Both the position numbers and the translations under genes were made by a program. A stretch of DNA of 64,000 bases from Yuukianura sp. NJ FZ-2021 (taxonomy: Eukaryota): the NCBI GenBank assembly GCA_046563655.1, contig CM102283.1:1364001-1428000 (forward strand), read 5' to 3'. The notes beneath the pieces were generated by a model that saw nothing but the letters and a program-made list of their open reading frames with translations, had not been told where the DNA came from and did no database searches. Positions 12,078-27,000 of the stretch are shown piece after piece; the stretch's first letter is position 1; the number at the start of each line of letters is the position of its first letter.

Positions 12078-15000
12078 TCATGCCCCAGTGGCCAGAGCCG
12101 GATACTTGAGAACTGTTTTGAGTTGTGGATTGAACTCTTCGAGTGAGTGAGCGGAGTAGTAGAGGATAAGGGCTTTGGGTGTGGGGAAGTGTGTGGTTTG
12201 TCTGTTGAATCCATAGCCCACAGTTCCCTGGTAGATGATACAGTGACCCACTTGACCTCCACCCAGCATCAGCGATAGAGCCAACTCACCAGAACTGGAT
12301 TTCCTGCAAGATTAAACCAATCAAAATTCAAAAACTGCTCAATAACAAGTCAACTCAGCTGGCAGTGATTAACCCATGCACGATTTGGCAATAAACCTTG
12401 TTCTTAACTGTGCTCAAATGTGACCTCTGGCTCTTGTGCCATTTGACAAAAAGTGATAAACTCTAACGTTTTAAAAATAGAACTTGGCTCACCGGACGAG
12501 GAATGTCCCTTCTGGTTTTCCGTTGAGCAGCATCGCTGCATCTTGGCGTGAAGCGTTGCACTGAAACTGTTTTTATAAAAATAAATATAAAGTACATAAA
12601 ACGTTTCATTTTATTTATGAGGTGCATCTGTCTAAAACTAAACGCATTAATATCGTTTAAGTACTTACCCAGAACTGCTCCTCCCAAAAGTCAATTGTAC
12701 CAGGAGAGCACAGAGACTCACAGTCAGCCATGTTGTAGCCCAACTGCTCACAGCGTCTGTAAAATCCAATATAAATTAATAATAAAACACAAAAACTAAT
12801 ACTTTTTATATAATATATTATAAACATACTTGAAAATTCGAGATCGTTGTTTCCGTAGTTGACTGAGAAGGGGTTTGAGGGTAATGAGTTCCGTCTCCAG
12901 CAGTCGGTAGTACGTGGACTGGAATGTCAGGCTATCAGTCAGTTGTCGCCTACTTGTTTCCATGGAGTTCAACCGCGTCTTCAGGTACAGGTAGTTGTCG
13001 TCCATTCTAAAATTTTAAAAAAATTCAAAAATTTTACATGTTCATCAACTCATACTCAAAACCTTGTCTTTGTTTTTAATTTCCAAATTGAAACTCCTTT
13101 TTTTTAGGTAACGCGGCGTGAAAAAGCAACTTACTCTTTGATTCTCTTGGGATCTGAACCTGTCTCAGTCTGTTGCGTCTGCTTGTTCACCGCCATTTGG
13201 TCTCTGAAGAAGGAAATTGCATAGTCAAAGGCTTCAATTGCCTGTTTCTTCAAGTGAATTTCATCTGCCGTTTGAGACTGGAGGTTCGTCTGGAGCTCAA
13301 AGTAGCGAGCACGCATCAAGTAGTCACGACTCACTTCACTCAACGTTGTCATCAGCTTCTCCTTGTCATCGTCCTCATCTCCCTGTGAAATCCAGTGACA
13401 ACTTGTTAGACTTTTGAACATTTTCATTCAAAAACTGCCAACTCATGACTAGATTCACTCTATTTTAAAAGATTACCTTTTCATATTTGGAAACTGGATA
13501 AAGTAGTTTGACATCCAGAGAGTTGTTGTACTCTGCGAGTGACACTTCCTTGTAGTGATTGATGAGACTGACCACACTGGAGAAAGTGTAAGGTTCGATG
13601 AGACCGTACATGCCGTCACGATGAGAAATCCGAAGGAGTTTGGAGTTTTGACCATGACGGACGGTAAGTGTGTACTCCCCGTTCTTTGTACTGGCGTCTC
13701 TCACTAAATAGGAACCATCCGGACAATCCCACAACTTCTCCACAACGTCTTCCCTAAAAATGAAATCAAAATTTTAAAACCAAATTCAATTTATTTATGA
13801 ATTCAATATTTTTTTTTGAAAACTCACTTGGAAATGTCTCCCCAGTACCACTCAGCCTGTTGGAGCTCAATTTCTGGATTGTGATTGAGACGGAAGTCAG
13901 TCGAGGAAACTTTCTTGCCATGAATAACATATTCTCCTACTGCGGGATTTCGTGAGATCATAGGATTAGTGTAGTTGAGCTTAATAGTTGGACCTCTTGA
14001 CAGTTCCTGTCCACGGTTTCCACCGTGAAGCTGAATCAACAGGCAGACGATCCTCAGATGCAGTTGTCTATTGTCCAGAATTTGGCTGAAATTTCCAAAC
14101 AAAACATTTTAAACTCAAAATTTTCTGAAACTCCTTTTCAAAACCGCATTTTTCTAAACTTTCTGCATGACTCACATAGTGTGCTCCCATTGTGGACGGA
14201 GAAGTACCATTCCGTAGAATTGGCTCAGAACTTTCTCTGCATCAACTTCACGGACAGGAGAGGACAGACTGGCACTCTTGACTTTGTCAACTAGGCGACA
14301 GATACGGGCTAAGTGCGATCCAAAGTATTTGAGACATCTGAAAACAAAAATCCACAAATTACATCTTAATTACTTCCACTTTTTAAAATTTTGAAACACT
14401 TTTTTTCAAAAATTGTCTCTTACGTAGCATGTTGTGGATTGAGGTCATCGAGAATCAGTTTGTCCATGAGCAGAAGTGCGTCGGCGTCAATCTGACACTT
14501 TGCAATGTTCATAAAGTCTTCGTAAAAAGTCGTTGGAATAAGCGGTTCCGGAAGTTCTCTGAGGAAGCGTCTAATGCCACTCACGATCTCCCGAATTTCA
14601 AATTCCGTCTCCATCGTTCTGTCCAGGAACTCGGCTCCATTCTGTCGAATGACTCTGTCCACTTCCTCCAACTTATCCCCAAGACGTTTCTTAGCCAGGG
14701 AGGTCAAGGGGTCAAATATTTGTGGTAGATTTGGAACAATAATGTTTCCTTCAGCCTCAATCCTCCGTTCCAGTTCTGCACAAAGTGCAACAAGCACTCT
14801 TGGTCCAGGCACCATTGACGGATCAAACGCCACCGACAAGCTCTGACCGAGAACTGAAAAGAAAAAAAAAGAAATTCTGAATTTTTCTGAAATTTCAATT
14901 CTGAAAATTTCCAGTTTCTAATTCTGCGAAAATAGAACTCGTGTGAATGATTGTAGATAAACTCAATTTTTGTCCAGAAAAGCTCTACTCAACTCATCAA

Positions 15001-18000
15001 TCAACTCGTTCAACCTGTTAAATAATTCAAATTGGAAACTCCGAAACTAAAAACCGGTTACCGGTTGACCTTGGAACTTGAGGAAAGTTGGTCAAAGGAA
15101 TTAATTGAGTCCCACAAAATAATTGAGTGAGCTGTATAGCTTATAGCATGTCCTATTCTCGTCCCACGACATTTCGTAGTATCAGCACAGCATTATACGT
15201 TTGTTTTTCAGAACACGAAAGAGATTGAACTGTTTAAGTCCACACGAGCTTCCAATATCGATTGAAATAATTTCCAGTTTGGAAGCAAGTTCCCATTATC
15301 CTCTGCCTTCATGCCGCAACATGTTGCGCTCCCGTTTCAAACTTTGGCGTTCCGCCGAATTCCCACGCCCCATCAATTATAATCTCCCTTGACGCCTCCA
15401 TACACTTCAAAACGCTGTTTTCCAGACTTTGCAACCAGCGCTGCTGTAGAAGCGACATTTATTATGCACCCAACCCACTTAAATCCCAATACTAAAATCA
15501 ATGTTCCTCTTCCCACGGTTAACATTTAAAAACGCAATATCCCTAACACTTGCAAACATAAGCTTAACATTTAAAAACATAACCTTATCATTTCAAAACA
15601 TAACAACAGTCGTTTCAGTTTTTCGCTTATCTCCAAAATTAAACTATAAACTGACCCACTGACCCTGGCATTCTATTCACACCAAAACGAAAACTAGAGC
15701 AATGCAATTTAGATTACAAATTGAACATGTTGCAACTTTTGCAAAATTACATTTTTCAAATTCGCTTGCCATTAAATTACTTGCAAATTCAAAACACTTG
15801 GGGTTTGTCACGCTCAACATTTCTAAAAAAATCGTAACTCCAGCACAAATTTTAAGCCATGATTAGCTGCAAATCAAAGGCGCAAATGATTTTTGTTGTA
15901 AAGCGCGATGTTTTTAAGCAAACTCAGAAAAAAAACAACATATTTTTGCAAACATTTGCCAAATGTTTCAAATATAAAAAAGTTACGTGTGAAAAGTAAA
16001 ATTTAATTTTCAACATTTCCTAATACTAATCCGTTTGTTCTGCGCCGCCCACATGCAGATTTTTTTTTTGTTTGAATAACGAACAGAAGCACATATGGTT
16101 CAAATGGCAAGAATTTTCGTCGCATAAATCACGTCATCCAATGAAATTAAATTTCAAAATCGATTTTCTCAAAAGGCTAAGTCCTGCTACACCGCAAAAG
16201 AAAATCCAAAGTGAATTTATGAGGTCATCGTCATCCTTGAGAAGTAATGTAAGAAAAGTGCTTTTCAAATTTCAATTTCGGAACAGAAAATGAATGATTG
16301 GAAATCGCACAGCGATTACATGGAAGGTTGTTGCAAGGACGGAAATTGAACTGAAACTTATGTGTAGCATTTGATAGTTGCAGAACCAGATAAGAATCAA
16401 TGTCATTACTAATTCAACATTCGCTCTACTTGTCCAAAGTGCAAAAAATTTTCAAAAAAAAAAATGGAACAGCGAACCAAACGTAAGTTTCAAGTGCTCA
16501 TTGAGAGGACTTACGTGGAGGATATATGATTAACTTCGAAAATCAAAAAAATGCAAAGTTTCAATGGACTTGCCAAATTCAAAGTACTTTTTATAGAAAG
16601 CACGTTTGTGTAAAACTTTCATTAAAAAACACTTACTTCCTACACTTTTTAGAACAAAAAGAATAGAATTTATGAGTTAAATGAATTAATTCGATGATTG
16701 ACGTACCTTTGTTTCGCATGGAGTCCAGTCGTTGTGCTTTGTCCTTGTCTGCACCTACAGTTTCAGTGAGGTCACACTGCGGCAGTCCCAGAACAGCACA
16801 ACCTCGATGAACAATCAATCCACATTCTGCAACAAATTCACAAATTACTTATAATTTTACTAAAAAGTAGTTTCAAAAAATTATACATTTAACATCAACT
16901 TTTAGTAATTAGGTGACCACTTCACTTTTAGCAAAAGGAAACAAATAAGACAGGAAATTTTTCTAAAAACGTCGCTTGATCGTCATCCGACAATCGTCCA
17001 AAAACCGAAATTTTACCACAAGTGACCAAACCTCAAATTTTTATTGTGCGGTTACGGGTAGTATGACGTTGAATTGCGTATTAACATTTTAGCACCTTGA
17101 CAAAAACGAAATTAATCTGCCGTCATTAAATTCATTTTGTTTTTAAGATTTAGCGCTGATTTTAGAGGAAAAGTTTAAAAAAACTTATTCCTTCGAAAAC
17201 GACAGCGCTAACCATATTACTCGTCACTTAATCCTGTGATTGTGACCGTATGAATGTATCCGGTTCAATACATCTCAAGGCCTGCACTTATCACTCCAAT
17301 TCAGACTTGATAAGTTGTACGATTAGAACGAACGTTTCCACTTCTCCTTTTTAAATCACGTACTCCAAGTGCAAAAAATTTGCGAATCGACTTAAACTTT
17401 GCACTCGTTTCCAAGTCAAAGCCGCCTTGAACTTAAATTCAAGCTGGCAGGAAGAAGCTCAAGCTACCGCGAAATTCGAAACTTTGAACTCCGCAAAGTT
17501 TTGAAACTCGTAAAGCGCAGGGCAGTTTTCCAAGTTTTAGAAAATTGAGGCTCCGAAAATTAACATTTTGGATAAGTTTTAAATGAAAAGTGACTTACTC
17601 TGACACATTAGTCCCTGCTGAAAGATGCCGTTTAGTTGGAGATGACACTGATCACAGGACGTGAGGACGTCGAACGTTCTGACCACCAAGCGATGGTCGA
17701 GGTGTGACGCTTTCTGGTGCAGCTCCAGGCAGCGAATGGAGCTGGAGCTGGAAGAAGTGACTGATTGATGCCGAGAATGTTCCAGATGACCTTTGACCCA
17801 CGTCACTCCTCCTCCTCCTTCCCTCTGCTTCTCTTCATCTCGCTGTCGAAGTTGGGCTACAGCAGCCAACACAGATTCCATCGACTGGAAGTCATCTTCC
17901 AGCGATCCTGATCCACCCCCGATCCCCATACTCTGCAACAAAATTAAATCAAAGTTGGACAAGATGTCAAGGAACCAATAACAATCAAGTCAAGATTCAA

Positions 18001-21000
18001 CACAAAATACAATGTCACTGGAACAGTCACATGACACAAATCAAAACAAAAGTGTCCAAGAGAGTGGATGTCCAAAATAAGACTGGGGACACTTGTGGAT
18101 GTCACACTGGAAATGAAGGACTGTCACCTGAGGACTGAGGGCGATGGACACAATGATACAAAGGTCAGAGATTGAAATGAGTACAGGTTCACGGACTCTC
18201 TGCTTTTCTCGGATGGAGTGGCCGGACACCCTCATTCATTTCTATTCATTCATTACCACATTCCACAACAGTCCCCCCTCGCTATATCCCCGCATAGTTT
18301 GCTAATCCCATCCATGCTAAAAAACATATCCTGTCTATTCCATTCATCTTCCAGGACAGCCTCTTATAACGGGACTTTGAGAGACCAAACGGAACAAACC
18401 GTTAAAATGGCGGCTGACAGGTATGGTACCGGACGCGGTACTGCAGGTATGCAGTGTGCTGGATATCCGTTTTTTTAGCATTTCATCCAGTTTATATCCA
18501 CTGGATAAATGGATAACTCCGGATAAAGCCCAGTTTCCAATGGACGAAATTGAATTTCGTCCGGAAGAAACCAATAAAATCTGGATATATCCAATCCACC
18601 ACTATCGAGGAGAGTGGGACAAATATTTTATCCATCCAGCAACATTGCAGGTATGGTATCTAACCGATACAAGATGGCGGTTGACAATTTCTTACCGTTA
18701 CAACATGCAGCTTGACGTGCCAAGTATAGTGCCTTAAAAAGATGGCGCAAAACGGAACTGACCTGGCTCTGATCGGTAAAAAATGGCGGGAAATAGTTAA
18801 AGCTTTATTGCATGTTGCAAATTGGAGACGGCAGAGACGGTTTCTGTCCGTCCGGTAAAAGATGCGCGACGACAGGTCGGATTCCTGTCGTTACAAAGTT
18901 ACGGCTGAAAGTTTATTATGTAACGAGATAATGGATTATGGATTAGGGTTGTGACAAGATGAAAGATGATGGGAGATTGCGTCATTCGGTGTCCAGTCAT
19001 CTTTTCGGTGAAAGTAAACAACTCCCTCCTGTCCCCCCTCCGTAACTAAAACCAGGACGGGGGCGGTGAAGGATGTTTAAAAATTGCACTAATTCAGTTC
19101 ATGTGCAATTATATAAACAATTTTAGCCATTTGAAAATGAGAGTACATTAGTTAATTTCGCAATTTGGAAGTCAGTAAAATGTTTATAAACTCGTTATCT
19201 GTAACTGCTTAGTTTTCGGACCACTTTGTTTACTTTAAACTGCCCATTCCAGTTGTTGCACAATGACACACTTAAATTAACTCGCTAATCACTTTTTAAC
19301 AATTCCAGGAAATCCTGGCGCCATTTTGAATTTCGCAATTTTGATGCACCACCTCCATAACCTAACTCAACTCTTCACTTCAACCAATCGAAAGTAATAA
19401 AAATTTAACACCTAAAGTTTCCACTTTTCTCAAAAACTTTTCAAAAATTCAAATTCCGCTTTTGTTCCAGTCGGATCAACGACCCTTTGGAAAATCAAAA
19501 CACACTAAAAAGTTTATAATCAGAACAGTTTAAACGTCACACTGAATAAGGTCACCTGTCTCTCACATCACATCATCCACACAACATTAACATTAATCGA
19601 CAACTAATCGACTGATTGACTGAACTTGGTCAATTACACCATAAACTGATGACAGATTAACACTAGTAGTCAATGACCCCTGACCTCAACCATGACAATT
19701 CAATACCAAATCAGAAGGTAATCCCGATTAAAGAGACGCAAAGTTCACACAACATTGAAAAATGATATTTTTATTATGGGAAATTCTGAAATTAAAAACC
19801 TTGAAGTCAATGGCCCTCCATAAACTCTAATTGAGTTCTCAATGTCAAATTCCTAACTTCAACAAAATTTAGCCTTGACTTTGGTAAATTAAAAATTCAA
19901 TGGACTCATCATCATTGTATCAAAGGTAAGTTTTATGGACACTGTTTAGCATACGGTGCACAGTAGTCTATGCCATATCATTCATCATCATCCCTCATTT
20001 CTAATTTAAGAGTCATAGCCTTTCAATGTCACATCTCGTCACAATGTCAATAACCTCTTCAAAAACATTCAAACCATAAAAAAGAAACAGAAAAAGTCTG
20101 GAACTCTACTCGGAAATTGCAAGTCTAAACTTAGACGCGGGAATTTCAAATCTAAAATTAAACTCGAAAATTCCAGACACGAAAACTCCAGACACAAATC
20201 ATCAAAAAGTGCAAATCTAATGAAGAAAAAAGTATAAAAAAAACAGCCCCCTGAACTTCTCAATTTACTTTGTACAGAGGTTGAAAAATTTGTAGAAAAG
20301 GAAATGTTTAGAAATTCAGAAAACGTATTTTTTTAGAAGATGTTTAGAAACTAAATTTTGAACATAATGAAACACGTCGTTTCTTTTCCGGTTGACGGAG
20401 GCGAGAGTTTCACATGGAGCACGGAGCGGATTCAGAAAAGTGAAAGTACGGAAATTGAGTTTTGAATTTCCCCGCCTTCATCCGCTTTCACTTTCTAAAG
20501 TAAACGGGAAGTGTGAAAAGCCGTGATGAACTACACTTACTATTCCAGGAAAGGTCACGAGGTCACTCCCTCGTTAACTTTTTTTCAAAAACTCTTGTTT
20601 GGCTTGTTTCGAACAAAATCCAATTTAGAATTTAGTTAATTTGAACAAGACTTCACTTTCTCAAAATCAATCTCAAGCCTCTCGTTCTGGGAAGTCTTAA
20701 GTCAACCCCCCCCTTTTAACCCGGATTCCTGAACACCCCCACCCCCTTTACCACCCCACCACTTCAACCCCCCCCCTTATGAAAAATTATGAAAAAAGTA
20801 AATCCATGTCTTACCTTGAGGCCTTTCATATCCAAATTCAGTAACTTCCGCCCATCAATTCCTTTTTCAAGAAACAGCGGAGCAAAATCCCATAGATTCA
20901 CTGCCACAAGCCATTCTGCTACAGTTCGACAATCCCAGTCTCCCACTCTCTGTTTTAAATAAAAGAAAATTGAAAAAAATTCAGATCTTGCCAAAAAGAA

Positions 21001-24000
21001 AAATTTCCAATTTGTTTCTTTTTTTAAAAAGTATTACCGTATTTTTGGATGTAGTGCCGGCTGGTTTCATGGTGTAAGTGGAAGAGCACGTTTCGATTGC
21101 ACTAAAATCCAATGCAGGACTGCCGTGTCCTTCAGTCGCTTCGTCACAAAATGCTTCGTATGCCTCCACACATTCAACATGAAAACAGTTTCCACAGTCT
21201 ACAAAAAAAACAAAAAACAAAAACAAAGTCAATAATATTACACACTTCATAAAAAAGTAAGCACATCACAATTATTTTTCATTTTCATTTTAAGAACCAT
21301 GCAAAACTGGAGCCTAACCTAACGTCATTCCGTTTTTTTCAAAAACGCGCCTAGTACATGGAAAATGAAATTTCAAACTTGCACGTAGCCAAATTAAATA
21401 AAAGGAGTTTTGTATACTCCAAATGATCAATCATAAAAATCTAATCAATGACGTTAGCTGTCGCTGTCATGCAAGTCACCGTTAACGCTCACTGCCAAAC
21501 TTAATTTTTGAATTTCAAGCGCCAACCTTATTTTCGAAATTTGAAGCGCCAAACTTTTTCAAAAAAAATTGAAAATTTGTAACGCACCTTCACATTTCAG
21601 TCCCACAAGTCCACTACCCCAGATGAAATCATGGCCTGAATCAAACAAACAAAGAAGTTTAATTTTCAAAATATTCAAATTCAAATAAAAATTTCAAAAA
21701 TCATGTTTTAAAAAATCATTTCTTACAAAAAGAACAGATGATTGGCGTTGTGAAGAATGTGTTAAGTAGGGAATGTTCTTTGGCTACGTCCATTGTGAAG
21801 GGAACCTGGTGACTGTTAAGATGAAACTGGTTGGTCAGAAAGTGTTGCGCATGGGCACTGCTGCTGCGTAGTCTCCCTTGAATCTGGAACTGACTGAAGG
21901 GCCCTCCTGATTGAATCAAGTACTCCCCTGGTGACCCTGCATAGCCCGAATCATCTCCTCTTGGTCGTCGCATAGAATCTGCACGCACAAACAAAAAAAA
22001 AAGAAAAAAACCTTGTTAGAAAAAAATGCTTTTTAAAAATTTATCACTTTTCAACACAAACTTTTCAAAAGCACTTTTTTTTAAAAGTTCGTACGGGATG
22101 TGAATATCAATTTTTATGTTGCGCGAGTTTTTTTTTCCTTGTAGTACAGAAACCACAAAAACCAAAATGTAAAAGTAGAACTTGAGCGTCCAATGACTTC
22201 TGTAAGTGCTGAAGTGACTCTTTAATTAATTGCGATCTAAAATCTAGTATCTTTACACTTCTACTTCAACCGCCCAACTGAACGAGCTTTTGCTTCTTCA
22301 CTTGCAAAATTTTTTGTGTGTGCCGTTTTTCGCTATATGCACTGAATCACTTCAAAATAAACACTGAACCCGTTCCCTCTCAGAGTGCCTCCCTTCCAGC
22401 TCCCACTTTTGCACTAAGCACCAGATTCGACAAAAATTGAAACAGCGCAACGCTGCAACACTTTTATGATTGCACTAAATCAAAAACTGCACTTTTTGTT
22501 AACTTGCACTTTTCTATGGAACGATTTTGGAAAAAAAATCTGATATTTGTTGAGTACTTGAGAGCGTAGGTGTTGGAATTCATAAAAAAAAAAACTTTAT
22601 GCAATGCACGTCTATCTGTCTGTATCTGTCAGTTGTAAATTCAGCAATTCAAAATAAACAGAAAAATTCACACCGTCATGCATAATCATCTTGGAGTCTA
22701 AATTTAACACTGCACTTAACCAATTAACACCTTCATGAAATCCTACGCCTTAAGTTAAGCTAATATGTCTAACAACTTTGAAACGACCTCAACATGTTCA
22801 AAGTACAAAAATGCTAGTAGATACATAGTGCATGTTGGAGAGCTATGCAGGGCATTACCAAGTAATCATCATCTTCAGTTTGATTATTGGCGCCACTTCA
22901 AAATGTCTAAAAACTCTTCACCAGAAACTAAATTTGTGAGTTTGAGGCAAATGGAATAGTTTTACACAGCCACGAACTCGTCGCATGACGTTTTCACCAC
23001 AACCTTAGTTAAATAATACCAATTACTAACTAAGATTAATTAATAATCTAGTTTTCAAGTGTTAACACATGCTTAGATTTTTAGAAATGGGTCATTGATT
23101 GGCAATGGTGTCCGGGTCAAGAGTTAATTTGTATCACGCGCGGTAGACGTCAAGGGAATTTCAAAATTTTGTAAATTTTGAAAACCTGATTCCACGAATC
23201 GATTTTTTGAATTGCCCGGACTCACTTTCACCCGTGTGGTTGACGTAAATGTTGACCGATCCATTAACGTGAGGTGGCAGGGGGTGGAGGGTAGGTGGTC
23301 CAAAATGCAATTTTTCATGGATGACGTTGACGTTATTCAAAGTTTGTGTTTAGCAGTCAAACATGTTCACGGTAGAATTTTTTGTACATATACAGTCATG
23401 TTTTTCAAAAAAAATTGAAAAGGAATAAAACATTTGAATATTTCGGCCCGTAAAGTAAAGTGGCCCTTTGAAATGTTTGTACGGGGGGAGAGCATTTGCT
23501 CTTTTCTTGAAATTCCTTTTCTTGAGCAAATTGAATAGTACCAAGTTCTCAAACATAAAAACTCTTTTAGGTTGATCTAAAAACTTTATTCAAATAAAAC
23601 CATGGAAAAATGAAATTTCGAACTTTCACACACAAAAAATGAACTGAGTTCAGCATCATATAGAAATGATTTCCAAAAGATGAAACGCTTTGGCTCCTCA
23701 TAGAAACATTTGTACCCAGTAGGAGTGCCTTTTCACCTAAAATGAAAAAGTTTTCTGGCTAAACGGAAACTTTCTCTTCCAACTTTCCTCGACTCATTTC
23801 GATTTGAATCTCTTTCAAACAAAAGTTTTTATGTTTTCAAAAAAAGTTTTCGCGCACTTTTTCACATGTCGTCGCCAGTCAGCCGTAGGAACAAAGCTAC
23901 GCTTGGATATATGACACTAACAAGAACAGATCATTTCCAACACTTTACTTTTCAATTCAAACTTTCTCTCTTCAAAAATATTTTTTCCTGAAATAGTTTT

Positions 24001-27000
24001 TCAAATGTAAACTTCTTATAAATTCAAAACACCTAACGCGGAAATCTTCAAATTTCCTTACCGTACCGGTGTAGCGTTTCACCTGTTGAGGAAAATGGGA
24101 CTTGCAATGTGCAAAATCACGAAAAAAAATTTGCAAAGTTGTTAGTGATGTTGGTGCCAGTGGTTTCTACTCTGGTTTGGTGTAAGACAGTCTGAATTAG
24201 TAATTTGGCAAAAATCATTAATTTCCTCCAAAAGCCAATCCAATCTGCATATGAAATCTGGTTTGGCAACTTTTTTGAATTTCCACTTCTCCTCATCAGC
24301 CCCAAATGCCCACGACATATCAGTACTAGGAATTAGAAGTAGTTACTACAACAAAAAATACAAACATACAAAACCCCAAAGCCTCTTAACCTTTTGTTTT
24401 TGCTGCTATGCAAAGTTCTGTGTAGCTTGCTGTCGATTGCAGTAATCATTTCTCAAGTACAGTACAGAACCGCACACACGACACAACTGCCAATGCCAAA
24501 TCCCAATTGGAGCTAATAATAATTTTATCACTACCCCCCCCCCCCTCTCAAGGGGGTTCAGCTTCGCATCATTGCAGCTTCTGCAAACATCCACTGGAGC
24601 TGAGGGCAAATCGAAAAAATTTGCAAGTTCACTTACTACGGAGAAGACGTGATAAATTGCTCGTGTGAAACAGGGTTAACCAAATACTGTCAGTCCACAA
24701 CCCACTGATTTAGCGAATTAGGCAAAAACCCACCAACATACTAAATGCCCACCACCCTCAACTCATCTCTTACTGCACATGAAAGGAAACTTGAAAAATA
24801 TAAAACATCAATTAAAAGAAACAATTTCTCGATAAAACTTGCTGCACTACTTTTCCTTTTTCGATTTTTTTTTTTTTTGCAAAATGTACGTCATACAAAA
24901 AATATATTTTCACACAAGGCATATTGGTGTGAAAGAAAATATTCCTACTATGAATGTATATTTATGAACGAAAATATTTCTAAGAAATATGTATGTACAC
25001 ACAAAAATAATTTAGTGTGCAGATTTTTTTTCCATTCACAAGAATGTGTGATGCTACGGTTGCCTTGCCTTGCCCCCTCATAAACCTTTGTACTACCCAG
25101 TACCTAACCATGGAGACTTGGGTGTTAGGTAGCAGTACTGGCTAACCCTGGTAATAAAATATTCAAAGAGGAAGATAGTCTGCAACTTATAAACCACGTC
25201 CCACCAAGCCCCACCGCGTGGGGTTCAGCAACTCATAATGCCAATTGTGCAAGGTCAAACAGAATCTACATGGCAACTCCGTTTTTGACTCTTCTGGAAG
25301 AGCCAAACCAGATGTGAAGATGTGCCTATGAAAATGAAGATGTGTTTGGAATAAAGATTAATTAAGCTGAATCTTTTAAACAGAGAAACACTATACCCAT
25401 CGCATCTTAATCCCCACAACCACTCGCCACCCTTAAGTAAACCCCTAGAATTCTCAATCCGGAGTTCAGGGCTCATCAGCTTCAGTAGTTTGAAGAGCGG
25501 AAAGCAAAGAGGCCCTTAAGGGCCCTCAAAGTGCCCGCCAGGGAAAGAACTTAATGATGGCTTGGAGTAGACAAGAGTAGTGAAAGCTTAGGTTAGTTTA
25601 GTGAAAGTAGGTTGCGCCGAGAGCGGTGGAGTTGACACGTTTAATTTAGACGAAATGAGAATACCCGCCTCAAATAAACAGACCGCCAGCCATATGCCCT
25701 GCATCTGACATCAAAGAACACACGGAAACTGGATAACCATCAAAACAAAGGCGTCTGTTCCAGTCACAATTAAATTCTAAGCATAATGTTTATAATATAT
25801 TATAAGTAATATATTCTCAATAACTCATTTTACATACATTAATAGTACAAGACGAAGCACGGGTTGTTTTTGGTAAAGAAGCGTGAGAATTCCGAGGATT
25901 TTAGTGAACGTCATAAAAACAAAGACAGCGGATTAAACTTTAAAATTTCACTTTTCAGATGTGTGGCAGATTTTCTCATGCATCTTGTCTGAAATCTGAA
26001 CTGTAACATTAAAATTGTATAAAGACAAAATCTTAATTAATGCTCAAACGTATTTACATACTTAGATATACACATGTGTAAAGAAATGTTCAAATGTTAC
26101 GAAATAAATTAGTAACAACATTGCATTACATGTTAAAAAGTTCCCAGACAATGGAAGAAGAAAAACAAGATTTCGTGGTAAAAGTTTTACCGTACAATGT
26201 TAAATGTTTTACCGTAAAACATGCATTCACAAAAACCTCAAAAACGTAAACAAAACGCACCATTTTCACCCCTCTTACTTTTAAAAATAAAAATGCATTG
26301 TGTACATTCCATTTTTACCGCAAAAAAAAATAGGAATTTACAATCTAATGTACGAAAACAAACTCAAACCCATGCATTTAATCTCTCTAAATTTTTTCTA
26401 AAAATTATTCACCCAAAATTTTGAAACTCAAAGGCTTTCACGTATTTCTAAAACACTACTGCTACTACTTACCATGACGTAACTACCAAATTCATCATCC
26501 GAAAATTGCATTTGTGTCATTTTGAAAATGCTAAAAAGTGTGTCAGCGGGTACTTCATCTCTGATGTAATAAGACCCACAACCAACACGTCAATTAACGT
26601 TAAGTGCCGTGCCACAGGTGGGTTTAGATCCCACGTCAAACCCCGCCAAACTCAAAATCACTTTAACACTTTACTATGCACGAAATTTGCTCAACTTTCA
26701 AATTCGCACAATTGGAAAAGTGAACGCCCGCTTCCTTACTTTCACTTCACATGCAGTTATTTTTTTCTCTCGAACGCTGTTGTTCCAGATAGACATGAAA
26801 TTTGAGTCATGTTGCTCATTCATCATTTCCCGGAGCTACGCCTAATTTAAATTGATTGTCAACAGAGGAGCATGAGCATGGCTGCTCAAATTCAAATTCA
26901 AACATTCCCTCCCAACTCAATTACTGCAAACACATCTTTGTCATGAGATCCGGCGATCGGATTAATCCCTTCCACAAACACTTCATCTTCAGTGTTGACA

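Noticed and set aside
11903-12262. 119-aa minus-strand ORF
   Set aside because: It is an alternative frame over the last PI3K exon and 3' UTR; the SH2-encoding frame ends at 12078.
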